A stretch of DNA of 64,000 nucleotides, taken from positions 2,913,121 to 2,977,120 of the forward strand of contig CP104013.1 in NCBI GenBank assembly GCA_025839675.1, given 5' to 3'. This DNA is from Candidatus Lokiarchaeum ossiferum (GTDB taxonomy: Archaea > Asgardarchaeota > Lokiarchaeia > Sigyniarchaeales > Promethearchaeaceae). The notes beneath the pieces are model-generated. The model did not search any database. It saw nothing but the letters and a program-made list of their open reading frames with translations, and was not told the DNA's origin. Positions 39,576 through 49,141 of this stretch are shown here, in pieces; position 1 is the first letter of the stretch; each line of letters starts with the position of its first letter. Made by a program: the position numbers and the translations under genes.

Positions 39576-40991
39576 GTGATTCTAATCATATCATTTTTTC
39601 GATTTCTGGTAGAAAATATTCGAAAGAAAAAGTTGAATATACAAAGTGAAATGAATCTATTAATGGAAAATTTTTGGGACTTTGCGAAGTATATAGAATT
39701 AAAATATAGATATGATACAACTCCAATGTATCGATCATTACTATCTATCGCAAATGGATTGAATTCACCATTTTTTGAGGGGAAAAAATTAAATCCTCAA
39801 CAATTAATAACTAATTCCTTTGATTCCCCCACTACTCAAAAAGGGATCTCAGCTTTTTTTGATTCACCCCAAAAAAAAGAATTTCGAGAGTGCTCTCAAG
39901 AATCGCTCATTTCTATTGGTTATTATGAACCATACACAAAATCGGCTCTTGATGAAGGTCAAAAACCCATTTTTGGACATAAAATGATTATTCAATTTCA
40001 TTTAGCAATCAGACATATAAAGTTGGGTTATAATATAATTAATCTAGAAGATGAATCCTTGATCGAGAAGATGCCAAAATTACTATTATTCGTTTCTTCT
40101 ACTATCTTAAGTAAAGCTGTGCAACTCAACTTGATTGAATATGTTAGGAAGGGAGGTCATTTATGCATTTTTGGAGATTTTCCAGTATGTGATGAACAAC
40201 ACCAAACCTATTCCTTAATAAAAGACGAGTACTCTAAAACCCAAAATAGTGGAAAAATCAAATATTTTAAAGGAAATCCCCTTACTTGTCGTAGAGGTAT
40301 TCGATATTATCTCGAAGAATTTTCTTTGAAATATAAAAATCAAATATCTCGGCTCAGAATACCAAAAATTTTCTCACCTATTAAGGAAAATCTTTCTTTT
40401 TCTAAAATTTCTGCAAATATCCTAAGAAAATTTAATCCAACAGAACTTCAAGGCGATAGTCTCAAATCGATCCACCTTCTCTTACGATTTCTTCAAAAAC
40501 AAGGGATCACACGTAAAATTGATGTGTCAGTAAGAACAGAGTATATTTTCCGCCACAAAATTGAAGTCTTTGTTTATACCCATCCTGATAAGGATCTTCT
40601 CTACCTTTTTATTTTTAGCAGAGATACTAGCTGGACTCTACCCGTTTCGATTCACCTTTATATCCCAGAGCGTTCTTTTAGCTTGCGTGTCCGCACAAAT
40701 ATACTTGGACATACTTCACAAGTTCTCCGTATTGAAAATGGTGAATTGAATAATTTCATCTATACTGGGATAAATCCTATTTTGCATACCAAAGCTCGGT
40801 TATATTTAAAAGTCAATAAAGATACGATTAAAACTTCTGATCCAGTTGATATCATTTATATTCGGAAAGAAAATAGTGCAGAGATTTATGCGGGCCATGG
40901 TAATTTTAAATATAACAAAAAAATATTCTTGAAAGGATTACAAGACCAACCCATTGTGGTTAAAAAAGGGGCTCACAAAATTTCTTTTTAG
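39576..40991 (+). CDS. hypothetical protein with GH42 trimerisation / class-I glutamine-amidotransferase-like domain
   Basis: 'KLLLFVSSTILSKAVQLNLIEYVRKGGHLCIFGDFPVCDEQ' resembles the beta-galactosidase (GH42) trimerisation domain core (lyll..e.a..l..yV.nGGtlv.t..sg.vDe), but no catalytic TIM barrel precedes it. The start is likely internal (MNLLMENFWDF). Confidence 0.4.
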   Translation: MILIISFFRFLVENIRKKKLNIQSEMNLLMENFWDFAKYIELKYRYDTTPMYRSLLSIANGLNSPFFEGKKLNPQQLITNSFDSPTTQKGISAFFDSPQKKEFRECSQESLISIGYYEPYTKSALDEGQKPIFGHKMIIQFHLAIRHIKLGYNIINLEDESLIEKMPKLLLFVSSTILSKAVQLNLIEYVRKGGHLCIFGDFPVCDEQHQTYSLIKDEYSKTQNSGKIKYFKGNPLTCRRGIRYYLEEFSLKYKNQISRLRIPKIFSPIKENLSFSKISANILRKFNPTELQGDSLKSIHLLLRFLQKQGITRKIDVSVRTEYIFRHKIEVFVYTHPDKDLLYLFIFSRDTSWTLPVSIHLYIPERSFSLRVRTNILGHTSQVLRIENGELNNFIYTGINPILHTKARLYLKVNKDTIKTSDPVDIIYIRKENSAEIYAGHGNFKYNKKIFLKGLQDQPIVVKKGAHKISF

Positions 40992-41145
40992 TATCTCTTT
41001 TGATCCTTTTCGATCGCTTTTTTTTGAAAGATTGGGGAAATCCTAAATCGATCAATTCACGATGGTGGGTTGGGATAAGCTTATAAATATGAAGATGACA
41101 TTTTCGATCATATTGATTTTGTCGATGGATAAAATTAGAAGATGA

Positions 41146-42099
41146 ATGATAATGGTTACAATAGCAGATGGAAGATATTCTCTTCCCAGTTCTTACCTTT
41201 ATTCCAAAACCCAGCATGTTTTCTTGGATAAAGTGAAAAAAATTTGTGGTTTAGATCAAATCGGCTATGCTTTTCTTAAAAAGCCAACAGAAATGCAAAT
41301 ACTAGTTGATAAGGAAGTAAAGGTGGGAGAACCCTTTGTTGCAATAACAACGGATAGAGGGATTTCAACCTTAAATTCACCCTGTTCGGGCATATTGAAG
41401 ACAAAGCATGATGATGCTTTGGAAAAAATGGAAAATGATACCTATGAATATGGTATTCTTGAGTTTGAAGAAATAACTGAAATTGATACTGCATTAATTA
41501 CTGGAGCAGACATTGAACCTTGGGCTAATCATGAGGTGCGGTCATTATTAAAAAATGAATATAGCTTCAAGGTAATTTTAACCGGAGATTCAGCAGTTGG
41601 AAAGACGGCCATTAAAGTCCGCTTTACAGATGACTATTTTAAACAAGACTTAAAGACAACTTTGGGAGTCGATTTTGGTTCAAAAGAATTGAAGTGCGAA
41701 TATTTAACAGAAGATATTCTATTTTCTGGGGTGTATAGATTTACTTCAAAAATGAACGTGTGGGATGCTGCAGGGCAAAGTCATTATGACAAAATTCGAG
41801 GCATGTACTACCGAGATGCTAAAGGAGCACTTCTGGTGTATGATGTGAACAATCCTGTATCATTTGATAATTTAGATAAATGGATTGAAGAATTAGATGA
41901 AAATTTGGGGCATGTGCCTACTTTACTCATTGGGAATAAAACAGATTTGGAGAGATTGGTACCACTTGAAAAAGCCTTGGAATTTGCGAAAAACCATGGT
42001 TTTCTTTATGCAGAATGTTCAGCAAAAACGGGTGATAAAGTTGAGAATGTTTTTCGGAAGTTAGCCATAGAAATCTACAAAAAAGAAGAAAATTTGTAA
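41146..42099 (+). CDS. Rab/Ras-like small GTPase with roughly 140-aa N-terminal extension domain
   Basis: 317 aa. G1 'GDSAVGKTA', G3 'WDAAGQ', G4 'GNKTDL', G5 'CSAKTG'. The N-terminal roughly 140 aa have no GTPase motifs. Confidence 0.8.
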   Translation: MIMVTIADGRYSLPSSYLYSKTQHVFLDKVKKICGLDQIGYAFLKKPTEMQILVDKEVKVGEPFVAITTDRGISTLNSPCSGILKTKHDDALEKMENDTYEYGILEFEEITEIDTALITGADIEPWANHEVRSLLKNEYSFKVILTGDSAVGKTAIKVRFTDDYFKQDLKTTLGVDFGSKELKCEYLTEDILFSGVYRFTSKMNVWDAAGQSHYDKIRGMYYRDAKGALLVYDVNNPVSFDNLDKWIEELDENLGHVPTLLIGNKTDLERLVPLEKALEFAKNHGFLYAECSAKTGDKVENVFRKLAIEIYKKEENL

Positions 42100-42135
42100 A
42101 TTTGAGGCTTCGTTTTTTTTTCTATGCTTTATTTT

Positions 42136-42615
42136 CTATATCGCTTTAATGTGTACCAAGTATTTATATAAAAGAGTGTTTAAATCAGGCTCAATTGATT
42201 CGTAAATAGACTTATTTGATCGATTGTGGAGAATTTGATCATGAAATTTAGTATAGAAGAGATCTAATCCCGTTTCATAGAAAGTTGAAATGTGATCTTT
42301 TATAATATTTGGTCGAAACATCATTGTCAGAATTAATCCATGTTTCGCAACAATATTCATCTCAATGTTCAAACCTTCGATTAGGATACGTTGGATTTTT
42401 CCAACATTTTCTTCCCCAAATACATTTAACGCAGCTATGAAATTACTCATCAAAGGAATTTTTATATCAAAATCATCTGTAAAGGATTTTGAATATAAAA
42501 TGTCACCGCCTTCACGTGCAATAAATATTCCAATTATGTATTTTTTCAATATTTTATGAAATTTAGAATTTTCAGATAGATTTGTCATTGAAGATGAACA
42601 TGTCGATTTATCCAT
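42136..42615 (-). CDS. roadblock/LC7-like (MglB-like) small protein, paralog A
   Basis: 159 aa, about 70% identical to 44552..45070 ('GGDILYSKSF...PLMSNFIAALNVFGEENVGKI.RILIEGL.IEMNIVAKHGL.LTMMFRP'). The alternating hydrophobic pattern resembles the roadblock fold. It is convergent with and 37 nt from the Rab-like GTPase gene. Confidence 0.45.
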   Translation of the reverse strand: MDKSTCSSSMTNLSENSKFHKILKKYIIGIFIAREGGDILYSKSFTDDFDIKIPLMSNFIAALNVFGEENVGKIQRILIEGLNIEMNIVAKHGLILTMMFRPNIIKDHISTFYETGLDLFYTKFHDQILHNRSNKSIYESIEPDLNTLLYKYLVHIKAI

Positions 42616-42760
42616 TCAAAACACTTTTACTATTAGGTATGATAAGCAATATTATAAAAATATCCATTTTTGAAAAGTAACTCACAAATATAGGACGAAA
42701 TCACATAATATGATATTGTTAATATTCTTTATAATACCGATAAGAAAAAACCCAAAAAAA

Positions 42761-44389
42761 TCACGAAAGATAACTTCGTTTCCAATCATCAATTCGGACC
42801 AAATTTGTCTTAATAGTCCGCGGACTTAACCATCGCAAGATATTGAGCTTAGAGCCTGCTTTATCATTGGTACCTGATGCACGAGCTCCCCCAAAGGGTT
42901 GTCTGCCGACAATAGCACCAGTAGGTTTATCATTAATGTAAAAATTACCTGCGGCATATCTTAACACTTTCTTACTTAGAGCAATTGCTTCAATATCCGT
43001 TGCAAAAATAGCTCCAGTTAGAGCATATGGAGAAGTTGCATCGCATATATGAAGGATCTGCTCAAATTCGTTTTCAGGATATACATAAACCGTAACAATT
43101 GGACCAAATATTTCTTCTTCCATCAATCGAGCTCGCGAATCTTTGGCTAGAATAACAGTTGGGTCAATGAACCAGCCTTTTGTCTCATCAATCTCTCCTC
43201 CTGTAATTATTTCATAAGATTCAGGATGATTTTTCGCATAGTTTAAATACTCAACAATTTTTCTAAAGGATTTTTCATCAATGATAGAACCACCGGCTAC
43301 TTCCAAGGAGGAAACGTCCCCATATTTGAAATTTGGGAGGGTTTCCAAAATTATTTGCTTGTAAGAAGACCATTGATTCTCTGGAATATAGACTCGGGAG
43401 GCTGCAGAACATTTCTGTCCCTGATACTCAAAACTCCCACGTATTATATTCATAGCAGTATGTTGTAGTGGGGCAGATTGATGAACCATAATAAAATCTT
43501 TCCCACCAGTTTCTCCGACAATACGTGGAAAATTTCTGTAACTCCGCAAATTTAACCCGACTTGTTGCCAAATTTTGATCAAAGTATCATAACTTCCAGT
43601 GAAATGGATTCCTGCGAGATTGGGATTATTTATGACAATTCCAGCATCTTGGCTATCAAACGGAACAAAATTAATAACACCTGGAGGCAATCCAGATTCC
43701 AATAAGACTTCCATGATCTTATAATTGGCAAAAATCACACTTCGAGCAGGTTTCCACAATACCACATTTCCTGCTACAGCAGGTGCTGCCGCAAGATTGC
43801 CACCTATTGAATAAAAATTGAAGGGTGGAATAGCCAGAATAAATCCTTCAAGAGGACGCCATTCAAATTCATTTTCTTCCCCAACATAACTTTTAGGTTG
43901 AATTGCAAACAATTCTTCAAGATATTTGGAGTTATAATTAAGAAAATCAATCATTTCAGCTAAATCAATTTCTGCTTCATAGGGAGTTTTGGATTGGTTT
44001 AACATTATAGCAGCAATATTTTCAATTCGTTTTGGTCCAGCAAGGAGTTCAGCCGCTTTACGAAATATATTCACACGATCACATGCATCTAATTCTGACC
44101 ATTGTTCGTGGGCATCTAATGCTGACGAAATTGCATCTTTCAAGTGTTCTTTAGTTGCTAAATGAGCCTTAGCAAGGATTTGAGAGTGATCATGAGGAGA
44201 AACAATATCAATCACTTTTGAAGACCGTATTTTTTTCCCATTGATAATTAGCGGAATTTCTTCAACATGGTTTTTCATACGTTCGAGTTCTTTAAGGAGC
44301 ATTGAGCGCTCTTTGGAATTTTTTTTATAAGTTGGGATTTGATCAACATCATTTTCTACTATTTGGGGTACACATTCCATACAAAACAC
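42761..44389 (-). CDS. aldehyde dehydrogenase, likely 1-pyrroline-5-carboxylate / glutamate-semialdehyde dehydrogenase type
   Basis: 542 aa. ALDH catalytic Glu motif 'VGETGGKDF' and Cys motif 'GQKCSAASR'. The N-terminal extension and length are typical of RocA/P5CDH-like enzymes. Confidence 0.8.
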   Translation of the reverse strand: MFCMECVPQIVENDVDQIPTYKKNSKERSMLLKELERMKNHVEEIPLIINGKKIRSSKVIDIVSPHDHSQILAKAHLATKEHLKDAISSALDAHEQWSELDACDRVNIFRKAAELLAGPKRIENIAAIMLNQSKTPYEAEIDLAEMIDFLNYNSKYLEELFAIQPKSYVGEENEFEWRPLEGFILAIPPFNFYSIGGNLAAAPAVAGNVVLWKPARSVIFANYKIMEVLLESGLPPGVINFVPFDSQDAGIVINNPNLAGIHFTGSYDTLIKIWQQVGLNLRSYRNFPRIVGETGGKDFIMVHQSAPLQHTAMNIIRGSFEYQGQKCSAASRVYIPENQWSSYKQIILETLPNFKYGDVSSLEVAGGSIIDEKSFRKIVEYLNYAKNHPESYEIITGGEIDETKGWFIDPTVILAKDSRARLMEEEIFGPIVTVYVYPENEFEQILHICDATSPYALTGAIFATDIEAIALSKKVLRYAAGNFYINDKPTGAIVGRQPFGGARASGTNDKAGSKLNILRWLSPRTIKTNLVRIDDWKRSYLS

Positions 44390-44551
44390 CTCTAATTTTG
44401 GAATTTTTCTATATCAAGGACTTAATGTAAAACGAGTAATCTGACTAGTAAAAACTATCAAATCAATATTAAACAAACCCATTGCAATAATAAGAAGAAT
44501 AGGGGATTTGTAAACAAAAAGAAAGAATTATGGAATAAAAAGTAATATCAA

Positions 44552-45070
44552 TTAAAGAGCTTCAATATGCACAAGATATTCAAATAATAACTCGAACATT
44601 TTTGGGTCAAATTGCTCATAAATTGTCTGATTAGTCCGGTTTTGGGCGATTTGTTCTTTAAACTCATCATAAAACATATCCAATCCAATTTCATAATATT
44701 TTGAGATATGATCTTTGACCATATGAGGACGAAACATCATTGTTAGAACCAAGCCATGCTTCGCAACAATATTCATTTCAATATCTAAACCTTCTATTAA
44801 AATACGCTTGATTTTACCGACATTTTCTTCCCCAAATACATTTAGAGCGGCGATAAAATTACTCATTAAAGGAAGTTTTAATCCATCTTGAAATGATTTG
44901 GAATACAAAATATCCCCTCCATCTCGAGCTACAAATATTCCCACAAGATACTTTTCCAAAATTTTTTGAAATTTCACATTTATTGGAACGTAGGGATGAT
45001 GCGAGGACAGAAAAGAAGTTTTTGTATTTTCCATAAAAATCACCTTGGCGATATGATTCGTTTTGATCAA
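44552..45070 (-). CDS. roadblock/LC7-like (MglB-like) small protein, paralog B
   Basis: 172 aa. Near-identical core to 42136..42615 (see that entry). Confidence 0.45.
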   Translation of the reverse strand: MIKTNHIAKVIFMENTKTSFLSSHHPYVPINVKFQKILEKYLVGIFVARDGGDILYSKSFQDGLKLPLMSNFIAALNVFGEENVGKIKRILIEGLDIEMNIVAKHGLVLTMMFRPHMVKDHISKYYEIGLDMFYDEFKEQIAQNRTNQTIYEQFDPKMFELLFEYLVHIEAL

Positions 45071-45167
45071 ATAACCGTTTGATCAAATAATTGTTTGATC
45101 AATATATAAAGTAAACGCAATGTTTACATGGGGATAACTCGGAAATAGAATCCAAAAAAAATGACTT

Positions 45168-46289
45168 TTATTTGCCAATCAAACCAGATTTTTTCGCAAT
45201 TTTCAAGAAAGCAAGTTGTAAAATGAAGGTTTCAAATATTGGGGATAATTCTATGATAGGAGAATTGAAGTTAATCATTAGGACATCGTAATCAGATTTA
45301 TAAAATGCAGATAAACTCGGATTATTACAAAGAATTACAACTTTTCCCGCTCGAATTTTAATTTGATCAATTAAACGAATGAGTGTGTTGTTAGATTCTT
45401 CTCCTTCTCTATCTCCAACTAGCATCATACAATTGATAGATTTATCTTCAATTCTGCGTTCAAAAACTTGAAATGGTCCATGGAAAAAATGCCCCAAAGC
45501 AATTCCTTCAGCGAACTTGCGATGATATGTTTTAGCAATCAGAGCTGCAAACTTCGCACAAGCCAAGGATGATGGATCTTTTGAGATGAAATATAAATAT
45601 TGAAGCTCATAGCCCAAAAAATCAGAAATTTGATCAACACTTTTCTCCCAAGATTCACGAAAATCTTTGAGTTCAGAGATCAATTCAAAAGATCCTTTCT
45701 GGATCGTATCTAAATTAAAATCGGTTCCCACTAACATTTGAGAAACTAAATAAAGCACAAATAAGGTATTTCCAAATGATTTCAAGCCAATAACTAATTC
45801 TGAATCAACATAAGTATGGAAAACTTGACCGCATTTTTTTGCAACGGGAGAATTTTGCTCATTAGTTATGAGCCAAAGCAAATTTCTATCAATTTTGAGT
45901 AAAGAAAGGTGATCTAGTGCTTTTAATATTAAGCGCGATGACCCAGATCGGGATATAAAAATATAAAGTGTATCTTGGGAATCTTCAGGCAAGAAATAAT
46001 CGTAAAATTCGGTTAATTCGATACATTCCCATGTAAAATCTAAAGCATAGGGTGAATTCATGAATACAAATCGAGGTATGAAACTGGCGAAGTGATTAAA
46101 CGTATTTCCAATAAAAACGACTTTTGAAAATTTAATTTGGGAAACGATTTGAATGATACTTTGGACCATTTTCTTACCTTCTCCAGTAGTATAAGAATTC
46201 ACACAATCTTGTAATACTTCAGGAGCATTGAGAAAATTCTTAAGTAGGTCATTATAAGAAAAAGGCCAAATTTGCGTTTCTGGGGTCAC
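45168..46289 (-). CDS. SIS-domain sugar-phosphate isomerase/deaminase-like protein (double SIS)
   Basis: 373 aa. The 'FISRSGSS' S-x-S-G-x-S/T SIS phosphate-binding motif and a second SIS-like half. Overlaps the upstream paralog by 4 nt. Confidence 0.6.
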   Translation of the reverse strand: MTPETQIWPFSYNDLLKNFLNAPEVLQDCVNSYTTGEGKKMVQSIIQIVSQIKFSKVVFIGNTFNHFASFIPRFVFMNSPYALDFTWECIELTEFYDYFLPEDSQDTLYIFISRSGSSRLILKALDHLSLLKIDRNLLWLITNEQNSPVAKKCGQVFHTYVDSELVIGLKSFGNTLFVLYLVSQMLVGTDFNLDTIQKGSFELISELKDFRESWEKSVDQISDFLGYELQYLYFISKDPSSLACAKFAALIAKTYHRKFAEGIALGHFFHGPFQVFERRIEDKSINCMMLVGDREGEESNNTLIRLIDQIKIRAGKVVILCNNPSLSAFYKSDYDVLMINFNSPIIELSPIFETFILQLAFLKIAKKSGLIGK

Positions 46290-47368
46290 TTTTCAATTAC
46301 CTCCCGGCGTAGAGCTTGATCTAAAAGCAAATATTGTAATACAATCGTCTCAAAAATAGGAGCTAAAGAAGGATTTTTTGTAGTGTGTTCAAAAACCCAA
46401 ACATTTTCATTTGATCTCCCCAACGATGATAACTCTCGGCTGTTATTAATAAGCATCACTTTTCCTGAGCCTAATTTTTTACTAACCATCTCAATCAAGC
46501 GAAGGGTATCTTCAAGATTAGATTCATCCCCAATAATTAGCACACATCGAAAATCTTCTGGATTAGATTGCACTATTTGATAGGGGCCATGGAGAAAAAG
46601 ACCAATATTTGTTCCTTCTCCATAAATACGGGCATAAGATTTGACACTAAAAGCCCCCCTATACGCAGTTGATAGAGAAGCACCTTTGGAAATGAAATAA
46701 AGAAAATTATAATCTGTTCCTAAAAACTCTGTCAGTGATTTAACATGAAATTCCCAATCTTGGCCGTAAAATTTTATTTCAAAAATTAATTGGCGAATTT
46801 CTTCTTCAATTTTAGACGAGATGACATCGCGATTCATAAATGCTCTGCCTATAAAGTAGAGAACCAGCATTGCATTGACATAAGATTTTGTTCCGATAAC
46901 TTCTTCATCCCCCACAACAGTAGGTAAAATAAAATGAGAGTTTTGAGCCACGAAAGATTCCAGATTATTTGATACACCCCAAATTTTCTGAGGATCCAGA
47001 TTTTTATCTTGTAAATGTTGAATTGCAAGTTTTATTTGAGGAGAATTCCCTGAATGCGAAACAAAGCAAAAAACACATTTTTGCTTCAGCCTACGGGGAG
47101 TAAAATATTTGAGAAATTCATCCCCCTCATAAATTTCACAAGTTTTCTTTCTACGATTGATATAGTAAAAAGGGATATATGAAGCGAAGAAATTATAACT
47201 ATGCCCCACAAAAATGATTTGTTCAATATTTTTGGATTGAACATATTGTTTTATTTGATTAATCTTTTGTTTTCCCTCAAACGACAAATAATAACGCAAA
47301 CACTTGAGCATCGCCTTGGGAATGGATTGAAAATCATCCAAGATAGTATCAAATTTCAACTTGGTCAT
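46286..47368 (-). CDS. SIS-domain sugar-phosphate isomerase/deaminase-like protein (double SIS), paralog
   Basis: 360 aa. 'FVSHSGNS' SIS motif; overall collinear with 45168..46289. Confidence 0.6.
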   Translation of the reverse strand: MTKLKFDTILDDFQSIPKAMLKCLRYYLSFEGKQKINQIKQYVQSKNIEQIIFVGHSYNFFASYIPFYYINRRKKTCEIYEGDEFLKYFTPRRLKQKCVFCFVSHSGNSPQIKLAIQHLQDKNLDPQKIWGVSNNLESFVAQNSHFILPTVVGDEEVIGTKSYVNAMLVLYFIGRAFMNRDVISSKIEEEIRQLIFEIKFYGQDWEFHVKSLTEFLGTDYNFLYFISKGASLSTAYRGAFSVKSYARIYGEGTNIGLFLHGPYQIVQSNPEDFRCVLIIGDESNLEDTLRLIEMVSKKLGSGKVMLINNSRELSSLGRSNENVWVFEHTTKNPSLAPIFETIVLQYLLLDQALRREVIEK

Positions 47369-47817
47369 TTCTATATGATTGTTATTTATTTGTTTAACTC
47401 AAAAACCTTAGCTCAAAACATTGTTTGTGATTTTACTCAAAAAAAGAAATTTTAAAAATGAAGGATTAACACCTTAGTAAAAGTTGTCTACTCGATAATA
47501 ATTATTAACCGGATGCATATAGAAATTAGTCGGATAACATATCTTAACAATGGAATTTAAATAGGAAGGAGTCAATTTCAGAATTAAGGCGAAATTTTAA
47601 TTATAAACTTTTCCTTCCTATAAGAACTTTATTGAGTAAATTTTATAAAGATCATGGTCAATTAAGCACCATATTTAAAGTATTAACCGCTTACTTTTAC
47701 GAGAATAACTTATCCGTTAACAAGCCAATTTATATACGATCTCGACAAAAATAGATTTGTGTGTGAATCATTCAATTCAAGATGATGAATGAATTTTTTT
47801 GTGAGGGATAAACTAAA
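47369..47817. promoter_or_regulatory. candidate replication origin (oriC) upstream of orc1/cdc6, with ORB-like inverted repeats flanking an AT-rich stretch
   Basis: 449-bp AT-rich non-coding region. TTAWCCG-type elements occur at about 47503-47515 (attattaaccggatg) and 47528-47540 (agtcggataacat, inverted), and again at 47680-47694 (tattaaccgcttac) and 47707-47721 (cttatccgttaac). They bracket a roughly 60-bp A/T-rich stretch (47590-47650). The region sits next to orc1/cdc6 and the PolD genes. Confidence 0.35.
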
Positions 47818-49107
47818 ATGTTCGATATTGATGATTATTTTACCGATTTTATGAAGAATGAAAAAATTTTTGAAGATCGCGATGTATTACGCCCGGAATT
47901 TATACCATCTATTTTACCACATCGAGATTTGCAAGTGAAGCGAATTGCCGAAATCGTGGCGTGTACCCTTAAAAATTCTATGCCTTCAAATATTTTCATT
48001 TTTGGTAAAACCGGAACAGGAAAAACAGCCGTTGTAGGTCATGTTAGCGAACGGTTAAATTATCAATGTCGAAAAGCGGGAATTACAGAATCTCAATGGA
48101 TATTTTTAAATTGCCAGGAGGTCAATACAGGATATCGGATCTTAGCTAAAATTTGTGCGGAGATAGACCCTAACGATCCCGTTCCAATTGCAGGATGGCC
48201 CATTGACGTCATTTTCGATAAGCTCGTAGAAAAACTGGATAAATTTGTCGAAGGAATATGTTTTCTTGTTTTAGACGAAATAGATATTTTAGTTAAAAAT
48301 ACTAAAAAATCGCATGATGTCCTATATAACTTGGCCCGTATCAACTCTCGCTTGAAAAAAGGGCGAGTGAACCTAATTGGCATTTCTAATGTATTAAATT
48401 TCAAAAGTGCCTTGGATCCACGGGTTCTTAGCAGTCTTGGAGAAGAAGAAATTGTGTTTCCAGCATATAATGCCATGGAACTATCAGATATTTTACGCCA
48501 ACGTGCCCAAAAAGCTTTTAATGAAAATGCACTCGACGATAGTGTGATACCTCTCTGTGCTGCCTTGGCGGCAAAAGAGCATGGAGATGCGCGAAAAGCA
48601 TTAGATTTACTTCGTAAAGCCGGAGAATTAGCTGAACGCCGCAATACACTCACAGTAACCTCTGATCATGTTTATTTTGCCCAAGCAGATATCGAAAAAG
48701 ATAAAATGCAAGAATACTGTGAAGCTTTGCCACTCCAAAGTAAAACTATTTTATTAAGCATCTACCATATGCAGAAGTACAGAGGGGAACAAGCCATAAT
48801 TACTGGAGATATCTATAATGCATATTCTGAAATTTCCACTATGGTTCCCGGTCTAAATAAACTTACCCAACGGCGTGTATCAGAATTAATCCGAGAATTA
48901 GATTTATCCGGGATGGTAAATGCCCGCGTAAAATCAAATGGACGTTATGGTCGGACCAAATTTATCAAGCTAAATATCCCCCTTAATGATACATCAAAAT
49001 ACTTAAAAAATGAACGCCGCTTAAACGAGCTAATCAATTATCGCCCCATTTGTGTAGGACAAAAAACGATCCAGCACAATGGAACAAAATTTCGCAAGTT
49101 AGCATAA
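47818..49107 (+). CDS. orc1: Orc1/Cdc6 replication initiator
   Basis: 429 aa. Walker A 'GKTGTGKTAVV', Walker B 'LVLDEIDIL', sensor regions and a C-terminal winged-helix domain. Confidence 0.9.
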   Translation: MFDIDDYFTDFMKNEKIFEDRDVLRPEFIPSILPHRDLQVKRIAEIVACTLKNSMPSNIFIFGKTGTGKTAVVGHVSERLNYQCRKAGITESQWIFLNCQEVNTGYRILAKICAEIDPNDPVPIAGWPIDVIFDKLVEKLDKFVEGICFLVLDEIDILVKNTKKSHDVLYNLARINSRLKKGRVNLIGISNVLNFKSALDPRVLSSLGEEEIVFPAYNAMELSDILRQRAQKAFNENALDDSVIPLCAALAAKEHGDARKALDLLRKAGELAERRNTLTVTSDHVYFAQADIEKDKMQEYCEALPLQSKTILLSIYHMQKYRGEQAIITGDIYNAYSEISTMVPGLNKLTQRRVSELIRELDLSGMVNARVKSNGRYGRTKFIKLNIPLNDTSKYLKNERRLNELINYRPICVGQKTIQHNGTKFRKLA

Positions 49108-49141
49108 ACTCAATCTAAGTGAAGCCCAATAATTAACCAAA

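Noticed and set aside
42136-45070. The duplicated roughly 0.5-kb genes flanking ALDH as terminal repeats of a mobile element
   Set aside because: The repeats are protein-coding, diverged (about 70% aa identity) and in direct orientation. No transposase or integrase lies between or near them. Gene duplication is the simpler explanation.
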